A stretch of DNA of 64,000 bases, taken from Sandaracinaceae bacterium. Lineage in GTDB: Bacteria; Myxococcota_A; Polyangia; Polyangiales; Houyiibacteriaceae. Shown piece after piece: positions 32,619 through 41,582 of the stretch. The first letter of the stretch is position 1. Each line of letters opens with the position of its first letter. The translations under genes were made by a program, and so were the position numbers. The notes beneath the pieces are model-generated. The model was not told the origin of the DNA and searched no databases. It worked only from the letters and a program-made list of their open reading frames with translations. The stretch is from the NCBI GenBank assembly GCA_020633075.1, contig JACKEI010000004.1:97092-161091 (forward strand), written 5' to 3'.

Positions 32619-33554
32619 ATGAGCAACAGGAATAAGAGAGCGCTGCGGCCCGTGGAGGCGCAGTACGAGCTGCGGCACCTGCGGCACCTCGTCGCGGTCC
32701 ACGAGCACGGCACGCTCGCGGGTGCGGCCGAGCACCTGGCCATCAGCCAGTCGGCGCTGACCAAGTCCATCCAGCGCCTGGAGTCCGCGCTGGGGGCGGA
32801 GCTCTTCGACCGGAGCGGCCGGCGCCTGCTGCTCAACACGCTGGGGCACCTGGTGCTGGCGCGCGCCGAGACGCTGCTGCGCGTGGCCGACGACGTGCAG
32901 CGTGAGGCGCACATGCACGCGGCCGGCGAGGCCGGGGAGGTGCTGCTGGGCGTGGGGCCGGTGGTGGCGCTGAGCCGGCTCCCGGCTGCCCTGGGGCGCT
33001 TCTGCGCGCGCTCTCCGGGGGTCACCGTGCGCGTGGAGAGCGGCTCCACCGAGAGCCTGGTGCCGCGCCTGCTGACCGGGGCGCTGCACTTCGTGGTCGC
33101 AGACTACGGCCACCGCGACGCGCACCCGGAGGTGCAGGTCACGCCCCTCGAGGCAGACCCCATCGGCGTGGGCGCGGCCACCACGCACCCGCTTCAGCGC
33201 GCAAAGCGGCCGCTGACCCTCGAGCAAGCGCTCCGCTACCCCGTCTGCGCGGCCACCGCGCCGCCGCGCATTCGGGAGTGGCTGCGCACGCGGGAAGACG
33301 GCGCGCGTCTCGAAGCGACGCTCACCTGCGACAACTACGAGGTGCTGGTCAGCGTGGTGGAGCAGACCGACACGGTGGTGCTCGGGCCGCTGTCCATGTT
33401 GCGCCGCTACGCCGCAGCCGGGCGCTTGGCCGTGCTGCCCGTCACGTACCCGAGCCCGCCGAGCGAGCCCGCCGTGCTGTCCGTGCGGGGTCGCCCGCTG
33501 GGGCTGGCCGCTCAGGGGCTCATGCGCGAGCTCCAAGCGCCGCGGGCGGGGTAG
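32619..33554 (+). CDS. LysR-family transcriptional regulator
   Basis: ORF 32592..33554 trimmed to MSNRNK.. The HTH LRHLVAVHEHGTLAGAAEHLAISQSALTKSIQRLESALGAELFDR is canonical LysR. Confidence 0.9.
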   Translation: MSNRNKRALRPVEAQYELRHLRHLVAVHEHGTLAGAAEHLAISQSALTKSIQRLESALGAELFDRSGRRLLLNTLGHLVLARAETLLRVADDVQREAHMHAAGEAGEVLLGVGPVVALSRLPAALGRFCARSPGVTVRVESGSTESLVPRLLTGALHFVVADYGHRDAHPEVQVTPLEADPIGVGAATTHPLQRAKRPLTLEQALRYPVCAATAPPRIREWLRTREDGARLEATLTCDNYEVLVSVVEQTDTVVLGPLSMLRRYAAAGRLAVLPVTYPSPPSEPAVLSVRGRPLGLAAQGLMRELQAPRAG

Positions 33555-33604
33555 CGGCCGGGCGGTGGCTCGCGCTGGAGTGCCGTCAGCGGGGTGAGGG
33601 TGCG

Positions 33605-34198
33605 CTAGTTCGTGGCGCGCGCCCTGTGGAAGGCGTACGCGGGTGGCTGACCCGCGGTGGACCCGGCGTACGCGTGGGCGATGGCCGGGGTCAGCATCAG
33701 GACCTGCTGGGGGCCGCTCCAGGCGAAGCTCTCGCGCTCACGCGCGGCGTCGTCGCTGCGGTAGACCGACACGCGGTACTCGCCGGGGGGCACGTGCACG
33801 CGGCCAGGCGGCGGCTGGGTGCTGGCGCGGCTGGCGATCACCTGCTCGCGGCTCTCGATGCACAGGTTCCCGGACGGGGCGTCCAGGCGCCCGGTCTCCG
33901 GCGCGAGCCAGTGGCCGTGGTGGAGCTCGCTCAGCTGCTCGGCCGTGAGCGGCGCGCCCACCTCCACGGTGACGGTGACGGGGTGGGCCACGGTCAGCCC
34001 GTAGCCCAGCACCAGGCCCTGCTTGGCGAGCGCCCGGTACTTGGTCAGCAAGAGCGGGTCGCTGGGGTCCAAGACGCCTGACTCGCGCAGCACCGGCCAG
34101 TGAGCCTCGTCGTAGATCCAGAGCTCCGTCCCGGTCGTTGGCAGGTATGCGGTCTGGGGCCTCGGAGAGTAGGGCTTGCGCAAGATGGTCGAGTCCAA
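33605..34198 (-). CDS. hypothetical protein
   Basis: Intact 197-codon frame with balanced composition. TTG start uncertain. No recognisable domain or signal peptide. Confidence 0.5.
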   Translation of the reverse strand: MDSTILRKPYSPRPQTAYLPTTGTELWIYDEAHWPVLRESGVLDPSDPLLLTKYRALAKQGLVLGYGLTVAHPVTVTVEVGAPLTAEQLSELHHGHWLAPETGRLDAPSGNLCIESREQVIASRASTQPPPGRVHVPPGEYRVSVYRSDDAARERESFAWSGPQQVLMLTPAIAHAYAGSTAGQPPAYAFHRARATN

Positions 34199-34261
34199 GA
34201 GGGGTCCTTCGGTGAGGTCGTTGCGAAGTCGTCGCGACGCTGCTGAGAGAGTGGTCCGCGC

Positions 34262-35311
34262 TCAGTCGAGGAAGCTGAGCACGCCGCCCGCCTCGCCCAG
34301 GTCGCTCTTGGCGCTCTCCACGCGCGCGCGCATGGCCGGGTTGATGGGCTGGCCCTGGATGCACGTGTGAAAGCGGATCAAGAGCATGGTCAGGCTGATG
34401 GGCTCGAGCACGGCCGTGCGCAGGAACCACGAGACCAGCATGCCCAGCGGCACGCCCACCAGCAGCCCCAGGAAGCCCGCGGCGAAGGCCCCCACCACGG
34501 CCGCGCCCTCGTCGGGGATGCCGGAGCTGGCGGCCGCGTCACCCGCCAGCGCGTTGACCAGCGCGCCCACCACCACGAAGCCAATGGTCATGAAGACGAA
34601 GCCCACCGTGCCGCCCAGGAACTTCTCCGTGAAGTGCGCGCGGATGGCGGTGCCCAGCAGGGGCTTGGGGTTCTGGGCCACGTAGGTGATGGCGTCCTTC
34701 GAGGCCTGCTCCAGGTTCCCGTCGCCGCGCCCGATGGCGAACGACAGCGCCAGGTCCGCGATGCGCGGCGCCACGCGGTCGGTGAGCCAGGCCAGCGCCT
34801 TGCGCAGCGGCTCGACGTCGATGGGCAGCAGCTCGCTGACCTTGTCGAACTCGCGGAAGAACTTGGACACCAGGCGCTGCACCTCGTTGTGCGCGTCGGC
34901 GATGGGGCCCAGGTTGCCAAACTGCGTCTCCAGGAACTGCTTGGCGCTGTCGGCCGCGTTGGCGCTGGGCCCGTCCTGGCCCGTCATGAGCTGCTTGGTG
35001 GCCAGGTAGGTCAGCGCGGCGCGCATCGCCCACAGGCGCCGGTCGATGTACGGCATGAGCCCGAAGGCGATGCCCAGCACCAGCGCCAGGAACACCACCG
35101 CGCCCGCACCCTTGTGCACGTACATGGTGAGCACGGCGGTGAGCAGGATGCCCACCGTGAGGGTGCCTGCCAGCAGCGCCATCTGCGCGAGCACGGCCAT
35201 AGCGCGCTCGAAGGGGTAGCTGCCGGTCTTGCGCACCAACGCGGCGGCAGCGAAGAAGGTCGCGCGCTGCTCGGACACGCGGTAGTTGGGGACAGGGGAG
35301 TTGGTGGACAT
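34262..35311 (-). CDS. hypothetical polytopic membrane protein
   Basis: ATG start. At least 5 hydrophobic helices flank a ~120-aa soluble helical insert. No recognisable family. Confidence 0.65.
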   Translation of the reverse strand: MSTNSPVPNYRVSEQRATFFAAAALVRKTGSYPFERAMAVLAQMALLAGTLTVGILLTAVLTMYVHKGAGAVVFLALVLGIAFGLMPYIDRRLWAMRAALTYLATKQLMTGQDGPSANAADSAKQFLETQFGNLGPIADAHNEVQRLVSKFFREFDKVSELLPIDVEPLRKALAWLTDRVAPRIADLALSFAIGRGDGNLEQASKDAITYVAQNPKPLLGTAIRAHFTEKFLGGTVGFVFMTIGFVVVGALVNALAGDAAASSGIPDEGAAVVGAFAAGFLGLLVGVPLGMLVSWFLRTAVLEPISLTMLLIRFHTCIQGQPINPAMRARVESAKSDLGEAGGVLSFLD

Positions 35312-35438
35312 GAGACCTCGGTAAGTGGCCGGGTGGTGGGCCGTTCGTTACTAGGTCGGCGGCAGAGGGGGAGATCCGTCACGGGACTTTGCGATGTCGC
35401 CTCGGGCTGGGGTCGCGCGGCCTGCCGCCCACACGCGC

Positions 35439-35533
35439 GAACCCCTCCGGTCGAGAGACGACCCGAGGGGTTCGGTACGCGTACGCCGCGGGAGGGGGGG
35501 GGCTCGGGGGCCTCTCGATCGGGGCCCCCGAGC
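35439..35533 (-). terminator. two strong GC hairpins immediately downstream of the 1530-aa gene
   Basis: GAACCCCTC...GAGGGGTTC (35439-35473) and GCTCGGGGGCC-10nt-GGCCCCCGAGC (35502-35533, 11-bp perfect stem, 12 nt from the stop). No clear U-tract. Confidence 0.4.
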
Positions 35534-35544
35534 AGTCCGTCGAG

Positions 35545-38500
35545 CTAGCGCTTGCGGCGCCGCACTCGGTGGCCGAGCGCCAGCAGCGCGAGGACGCCGA
35601 GTGGCAGCATGGGGTGCGCGCCAGGCGCGCCGTCGCCCACCACCACGCAGCTGCAGCCGCCGCCACCGTCGGGCCTCGGGGTCACGCCCATGTCACCGGC
35701 CGCGCCGCCGTCGGGGGTCATGCCGCCGTCGGGGTTCGCGCCGGCGTCGTCGTTGCCGGCGTCGTCGCCGCCTCCGTCGGTTGTCACGCCCGCGTCGTCG
35801 CCGCCGCCTAGTCCGGCGTCCGTGGGGACGCCCGCGTCGGTGCTGGTGCCGGCGTCGGTGGGGACGCCCGCGTCGGTGCTGGTGCCGGCGTCGGTGGGGA
35901 CACCGGCGTCCATCATGTTGCACGCGGGGTTGGCCTCGTGCGAGCACGCGCTGGCGACGCACGCGTCTAGCGTGCACGGGTCGCTGTCGTCGCAGTCGCT
36001 CGCGGAGCTGCAGCAGCCGGCCGCCGGAGCGCCGAAGACGCACACGTGGTTCACCGTGTCGCAGCTGTCGGCGGTGCAGCTGTTGCCGTCGTTGCAGTCG
36101 CTCGCGGAGCTGCAGCAGCCAGCCATTGGGGGTCCGGCTTGGCAGTAGCCGCGCGCTAGGTTGCAGGTGTCCACCGTGCACACGTTGCCGTCGTTGCAGT
36201 CCGCGTCGCTCATGCAGCAGCTGTTCACGTCACTGGGGCACTGCGTGCTCGACCCCGTGCACAGCTCCTCCACGTCACAGGAGTTGGTGGACGCGCGGCA
36301 CAGCGTGGTGGCCGGCGCGTACCTCGACACGCAGCTGCCCGCCATGCAGGTGTCCTGCGCGTCGCACGGGCCACTCGGGTCGCCCCCGCAGCCCACGCCG
36401 TTCTTGGCGTTGACGTCATCCGGCGGGCAGCTCGCGCTGCTGCCCGTGCACGTCTCGGCCACGTCACACTCGCCGCTCGCCGGGCGACAGGGGGTCCCCA
36501 TGGCGACCCAGCGCGCGACGCAGGTGTTGGCCATGCACAGGTCCTGCGCGTCGCACAGACCGCTGGGCGCGCCCCCGCAGGGCGTCCCGTTCAGCGCGCT
36601 GAGGTTGTCGGCCGGGCAGCTGGCCGAGCTCCCCGTGCAGGTCTCAGCGGCGTCGCAGGGACCCACGGAGCTGCGGCAGACGGTGCCGCTGCTGGCGTAC
36701 CGCGCGACACAGCTGCCCGCCATGCACTGGTTCTGGGCGTCGCACACGCCCGAGGGCGCACCGCCACAGGACGTTCCGTCGGGCGCCGAGGCGTTGGCGG
36801 GGCAGGCCATGTTGCCCACGGCGCACGTCTCCGCCACGTCGCAGGCGTTGCCCGGGGTGGCGGCGCGGCACACCACCGTGGGCGCTGCCGCCGCGCTCAG
36901 GCCGGTGCAGGTGCCATCCGTGGTTCCACCGGCCGCCACGCTGCAGGCCATGCAGTCGTTCGCGTTGCCCCCGCCGCAGCTCGACCCGCAGCAGACGCCG
37001 TCCACGCACACCGTGCTCGAGCACTGGTCGCTCGTGTCGCAGGCCTCCCCCAGGCCGCGCAGCACGCTGAAGACGTAGGCCGCCCCGGCGTCGCTGGCGT
37101 CCACGTCGCTGAGCGGCGCGCCCACGATGACGGTGTGTCCGTGGGCTGCCACCGCGCGGCCGAAGTCGTCGGCGTCGGAGTCATCCACGCCAGGTGCGGC
37201 CAGCACCGCGTTGGGCGTCCAGGCGCCCGCCTGGCGATGGTAGGGCACCACCACCCCCACGTCCGTTCGCCCCGCGTTCTCGCGGCCGGGCGCGCCCACC
37301 ATGAGCGTGTCGTTGGAGAGCGCCAGCGTCGCGCCGAACTCGTCGCCCATGACGGCGCCCGCCAGGGTCACCACGCTCTCCGTGTTCCACGCCACGCCGT
37401 TGCGCGTGAAGGTCCGGAAGCTGCCGGCGCCCATGGCCGTGCCCCCCACGGGCACAGCGGGGGCGCCCACCGCCACGCGCGCGCCGAAGATCGCCACGGC
37501 CTTGCCGAAGGCGGAGCCCGCGGTGGGTGGGCCCGCGAGGATGCCCTGCTGAGTCCAGGTGACGCCGCTGCGCGCGAACACGTAGCCAATGCCGATGTCC
37601 TGCGCGCCGCCGCCACCGTCGCGACCGGGCGCACCCACCACCAGCGTGTCGCCCTCCACCGCCACGGCGTAGCCGAAGCCGTCCAGGTCGCTGCCGTTGG
37701 ACGCGCTGAGCACGGCCTGCTGCGCGAACGTGCCGGCCTGATCGACGAACACGTACACCGCGCCGCGTCCGTTGCCCGCGCCGTCGGCGCCATACGCGCC
37801 CACCGCGAGGGTGCCAGCGTCCAGGCTGAGGGAGACGCCGAAGGCGTCACCGGCGACGACGCCCACAGGCGCGAGCGCGGTGAGTGAGGACCAGGTGGTC
37901 CCGGTGCGGCGCGCCACGTACACGGTGTTGGCTCCGCCGTTGAGGCTCCCGATGGCCAGCACGTCTCCGTCGAGCGCGAGCGCGCCGCCCATCAGCTGGT
38001 GGCCGGGCACCTCGATGCGCGCTTGCGTCGACCACGTGGTGCCGCTGCGCACGAAGATGGTGACGGCGCCCGCGTTCGGGCCGATCCCGTCGTCGTGGGT
38101 CGCTCCGACCGCTGCCGTGTCGCCGTCGATCACCACCATGCGACCGAAGCGGTCCGTGTTGACCGAGTCTGGCGTGAGGTAGGTCTCGGTGGTGTTCGTG
38201 GCGACGTTCTGGCTGCGCACGCGCCCCGCGTCGAGCCCGTGAGTGTCGTCGCCGGGGATGCCGAAGAGGGCCACCTGAGCGGTGGTGGACGCGGCGACCC
38301 CGGGCATGGCGCAGGCGCCGCCCGCGGCGTCACCCGTGACCGCACCGGTGAAGCGCTCCACGAAGGTGGTCGCGAAGGCGGCGCTGAGCGTGTAGCGATA
38401 GAGGGCGCCCTGCCCACCGAGGAGGGCCGCCGTGTCCACGCCCGGCGCACCGATGATGACGTGGTCCGTGGTCCCGGCCTCGGAGAACGACACGCAGGTG

Positions 38501-40137
38501 CCGAAGCCGTCGCCCGCCGCGCCGTCCGCAGCCGTGATCGTCGCGCTCGACACCAGGCCTCCCGCCTGGACCGTGATGCGGTGCGCGGCGCCGTTCACGC
38601 GGCCCGGCTCACCCACCAGGTACTGACCGTTGCCGATGCGCACCATGGACGCGCCCAGGCGCGCGTTGGCGAGCGGTGACGCGTGCGAGAACTTGGCTTG
38701 CTCGTTCCACGTCACGGGAGGCCCCACGTTGCGCAGGAAGCGGTACACGGACCCGGAGTTCTGCACGGCCGCCGAGGCGTCGTCGTCCGGGGCGCCGATC
38801 ACGAGGCCGTCCGCGTCCGAGTACACCGGCAGCATGGCCGCCCCGAAGTGGTCGCCCGCGGCAGCGTCCGACGCGCTCAGCGTGGCCTCGAAGGCGTTGT
38901 TGCGGTACGTGTGCACCACGCCCGCCTCCGCGTTGGCGCCCGGGGAACCGACCGCGAATGCGGTGAGCCCCACGGTGTAGTTGACGGCGAGGGCGGCGCC
39001 GAACCGGTCCCCAGCAGCAGGCGCGGGCGCCGTGTAGGTCTGCGTGGCGGCGAGCGCGAGCGTCGCGCTGGTGTACGTGTACGCGTAGACGCGCCCCCCC
39101 GCGCTGACGTCCGGTGCGCCGACCAGCACGCGCACCTGCGTGCCGGAGGTGGCGCCCACGGCGACGGCGGCGCCGAAGTGCGCACCGGGGCTCGCGTCGC
39201 TGGCCGTCAGCGTGGCGACCAAGTCCCAGCCCGTGTTCGCGGCGTTCCGGCGGTAGACGTACGCGACGCCCGCGTCCAGCCCCGCGCGGTCGTCATTGGG
39301 AGCGCCGACGACGGCCCAGTCCCCCTGCACGGACGTGGTCGACGCGGCGACGCTGGCGCCGTAGCGCCCCGTGCGCGGGATGGCGGGCGAGAGCCGCGCC
39401 TCCTGCGTCGAGAGCAGCGGGTCCACCACGATGGGGTACTGCGCGTGTGCGTCGTCCACCTCGAGCACGATGCGCCCCGCCTGCACGAGCATGCGCGCCG
39501 GCAGCTCGTCTCCGAGCGCGTCCAGCGCGTAGAGGTCCGAGTAGTGCGCGCGCGCGGCGCCCGCGTCGTCCAGCAGGGCCACGTAGGTGGGGTGCGGCTC
39601 CGCGTGGAGGCCCTCCACCGACAGCTCGAAGCGCAGCGGTCCCTCTCCTGCGGGGCGCTCACGGAGCTCGAAGCCCTGTTCGAGGCCGAGGGGGCCGTTC
39701 AGGTACCACTCCAGCACGTCGCCACGGGGGACCTCGATGCGGTTGCTCTCTGCGGTGACCGCGCCGGGCTCGGTGCCCAACGTCGCACCCTCGCGACCCG
39801 CGGACACGAGCGCGAGCGCCAGCTCGAAGCCCGCCTCGTGGGCCACCACCTGCGCGCGACCGCTCGCGATGCGCACGCCAAACGCCTGCTCGGGGTTGCG
39901 CGCGACGACTCCGTCGTCGACGACCTCGGCCGCGTAGCGCTCGTCGGCCTCGCGTGCGCTGGCCTGCAGCGCGAGCTGCCGCGCCGTCGGCACGCGGGGT
40001 CCCGTCACGCCGGGCGTCTCCGTCGCGCGGGTGGGCGCCTCGGACGAAGTGGGCTGGTGGAGCCACGCGGCGCCGAGGGCGACCGCGCCCAAGGCCCCGA
40101 GGAGCAAGGAGTAACGAGCAAAGCGAGCCATGTTCAT
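35545..40137 (-). CDS. giant secreted FG-GAP-repeat / cysteine-rich-repeat protein with MYXO-CTERM-type sorting signal
   Basis: Signal peptide. More than 10 FG-GAP-like units (..GD.FG.A[VL]A..GDTL.VGAP..), then Cys-rich modules (DCNDGN.CT.D.C). The C-terminus ..GGGGCSCVVVG..PLGVLALLALGHRVRRRKR has a Gly/Cys motif, a TM helix and a basic tail. Confidence 0.85.
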   Translation of the reverse strand: MNMARFARYSLLLGALGAVALGAAWLHQPTSSEAPTRATETPGVTGPRVPTARQLALQASAREADERYAAEVVDDGVVARNPEQAFGVRIASGRAQVVAHEAGFELALALVSAGREGATLGTEPGAVTAESNRIEVPRGDVLEWYLNGPLGLEQGFELRERPAGEGPLRFELSVEGLHAEPHPTYVALLDDAGAARAHYSDLYALDALGDELPARMLVQAGRIVLEVDDAHAQYPIVVDPLLSTQEARLSPAIPRTGRYGASVAASTTSVQGDWAVVGAPNDDRAGLDAGVAYVYRRNAANTGWDLVATLTASDASPGAHFGAAVAVGATSGTQVRVLVGAPDVSAGGRVYAYTYTSATLALAATQTYTAPAPAAGDRFGAALAVNYTVGLTAFAVGSPGANAEAGVVHTYRNNAFEATLSASDAAAGDHFGAAMLPVYSDADGLVIGAPDDDASAAVQNSGSVYRFLRNVGPPVTWNEQAKFSHASPLANARLGASMVRIGNGQYLVGEPGRVNGAAHRITVQAGGLVSSATITAADGAAGDGFGTCVSFSEAGTTDHVIIGAPGVDTAALLGGQGALYRYTLSAAFATTFVERFTGAVTGDAAGGACAMPGVAASTTAQVALFGIPGDDTHGLDAGRVRSQNVATNTTETYLTPDSVNTDRFGRMVVIDGDTAAVGATHDDGIGPNAGAVTIFVRSGTTWSTQARIEVPGHQLMGGALALDGDVLAIGSLNGGANTVYVARRTGTTWSSLTALAPVGVVAGDAFGVSLSLDAGTLAVGAYGADGAGNGRGAVYVFVDQAGTFAQQAVLSASNGSDLDGFGYAVAVEGDTLVVGAPGRDGGGGAQDIGIGYVFARSGVTWTQQGILAGPPTAGSAFGKAVAIFGARVAVGAPAVPVGGTAMGAGSFRTFTRNGVAWNTESVVTLAGAVMGDEFGATLALSNDTLMVGAPGRENAGRTDVGVVVPYHRQAGAWTPNAVLAAPGVDDSDADDFGRAVAAHGHTVIVGAPLSDVDASDAGAAYVFSVLRGLGEACDTSDQCSSTVCVDGVCCGSSCGGGNANDCMACSVAAGGTTDGTCTGLSAAAAPTVVCRAATPGNACDVAETCAVGNMACPANASAPDGTSCGGAPSGVCDAQNQCMAGSCVARYASSGTVCRSSVGPCDAAETCTGSSASCPADNLSALNGTPCGGAPSGLCDAQDLCMANTCVARWVAMGTPCRPASGECDVAETCTGSSASCPPDDVNAKNGVGCGGDPSGPCDAQDTCMAGSCVSRYAPATTLCRASTNSCDVEELCTGSSTQCPSDVNSCCMSDADCNDGNVCTVDTCNLARGYCQAGPPMAGCCSSASDCNDGNSCTADSCDTVNHVCVFGAPAAGCCSSASDCDDSDPCTLDACVASACSHEANPACNMMDAGVPTDAGTSTDAGVPTDAGTSTDAGVPTDAGLGGGDDAGVTTDGGGDDAGNDDAGANPDGGMTPDGGAAGDMGVTPRPDGGGGCSCVVVGDGAPGAHPMLPLGVLALLALGHRVRRRKR
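35815..35910 (-). repeat. 36-bp in-frame tandem repeat, 2.7 copies (DAGVPTDAGTST)n near the 3-prime end of the giant gene
   Basis: Units 35815-35850 and 35851-35886 differ at 1 nt. Partial third unit at 35887-35910. Confidence 0.9.
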
Positions 40138-40268
40138 GAGCGCCTCCGCGCACCCAGAGAAAAGGGGGTGACGCAGAGGGCTCGGGGGGACGCATCCGAT
40201 TCCGTCACGAGAAGTGTGACGGCGAGTGCAGCGTCAGCGCGCCGCGTCCATGCGTGGGCTCGCGGAGC

Positions 40269-41582
40269 CTACGGCGAGATGCCGTAGACGGTGCCCGGCC
40301 AGGGGATGACGTCCGCGGTCGCGTTGCTGCACTCGCGAAAGACGTTGCTGCCGAAGGCCATGGGTGTCCCGTCCGTGGTGACGAGCACGGTGTGGTTTCC
40401 GCTCGCGACGACCTGGGCCACGGCGTCGCCCTCCACGACGTCGCGGGGCGTGCGTGCGCACGGTGTCGCGCCGCAGTCGTCGAGCGCGCCGCTGCTGTTG
40501 CCCACCTGCCCGACCGTGTCGTTGCCGAAGCACCGCAGCTGGCTGTCGTCGAGCAACACGCAGGTGTGCTCGTCGCCTGCCACCACGCGGGACGCGCTGG
40601 CCAGGTCCGTCACACGCAGCGGCGTCCACGCGCAGGGCTGGCCCGCGCAGGTGTCCGGCGCGGCGTTGCCCACCCCCAGCTGTCCCACGTCGTGCAGGCC
40701 GAAGCAGTGCGTGCGGCCGAGCGTGTCGAGCGCGCAGCCGTGCCTCGCGCCCAGGGCCACGTCCGTGGCGTTCGCGACCAGCAGGGCCGTGGGCGTACTG
40801 ACGGCCTCGCTGGCGCTCATGCCGACGCCCAGTGAGCCACCCACGTTGCGTCCGAAGCACAGTGGCGCTCCGCCCGCGCGCAACACGCAGGTGCCGAAGG
40901 GTCCCGTGCGCAGCCCGCGCGCGTCGGTGATGCCGGGCACCTCCACGGCGTCGAGCGCGCAGCGTCGCGTCTCGCCTGCGGTCAGCCCGAGCCTGGCCTC
41001 TTGCGCGGCGTCCACGAGGCCGCAGTCGCTCAGCGTCGCCGGGTCCACCCCCAGCGCGCCGTGGTTGCCCAGGCCCCAACAAGCGACGGTTCCGTCGTCG
41101 CGTCGCGCACACACGTGCTCGCGCCCCGCGGCCAGCTCCACGATGACGCCGCTGACGTCGCTCTCGAGCGGCTGCACGTGCGGATCTGGGTCACGCGTGC
41201 CGCGCGCGAGCGCGCCGAAGGCGTTGCTGCCTGCACACCACACGGCGCCCTCGAGGACCACGCAGGTGAACGCATCGCCCAGCGCGACGGAGCTCGCGTT
41301 GCGCAGCGCGAAGGTGCTGGGGAAGAACTCGCAGGGCTCTCCGTTGCAGACCGCGTGCAGGCTGGCGGGCTCGAGGGAGAGCTGCCCCGCGCCTCCCGCC
41401 CCAAAGCACTGCAGGCGCCCGCTGTCCGACAGGATGCAGCTGCTGCGCGGCCCCGCGAAGGGTACGAGCGAGGCACCCTCACCCCCGTCGCCCCCCAGGT
41501 CGACGGCCATGGTGCAGCCGAGGGACGCGAGCGCGAGCAGCGCGCCACAGGCGGAGGTGAGGGTCCCGCGCGTGCGCGTCAC
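40269..41582 (-). CDS. RCC1-repeat (beta-propeller) lipoprotein, cassette 1
   Basis: GTG start overlapping the upstream stop (GTGA). Lipobox LASLGC. Seven C[FW]G.N..G[QA]LG-type repeats (LQCFGAGGAGQLS, VACWGLGNHGALG, THCFGLHDVGQLG, LRCFGNDTVGQVG...). Confidence 0.8.
   Translation of the reverse strand: MTRTRGTLTSACGALLALASLGCTMAVDLGGDGGEGASLVPFAGPRSSCILSDSGRLQCFGAGGAGQLSLEPASLHAVCNGEPCEFFPSTFALRNASSVALGDAFTCVVLEGAVWCAGSNAFGALARGTRDPDPHVQPLESDVSGVIVELAAGREHVCARRDDGTVACWGLGNHGALGVDPATLSDCGLVDAAQEARLGLTAGETRRCALDAVEVPGITDARGLRTGPFGTCVLRAGGAPLCFGRNVGGSLGVGMSASEAVSTPTALLVANATDVALGARHGCALDTLGRTHCFGLHDVGQLGVGNAAPDTCAGQPCAWTPLRVTDLASASRVVAGDEHTCVLLDDSQLRCFGNDTVGQVGNSSGALDDCGATPCARTPRDVVEGDAVAQVVASGNHTVLVTTDGTPMAFGSNVFRECSNATADVIPWPGTVYGISP

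Noticed and set aside
31704-33536. 610-aa ORF suggesting a much longer desaturase protein.
   Set aside because: The N-terminal ~320 codons are antisense to the well-supported LysR gene and are compositionally shadow-like. The desaturase family signature begins after the ATG at 32573.
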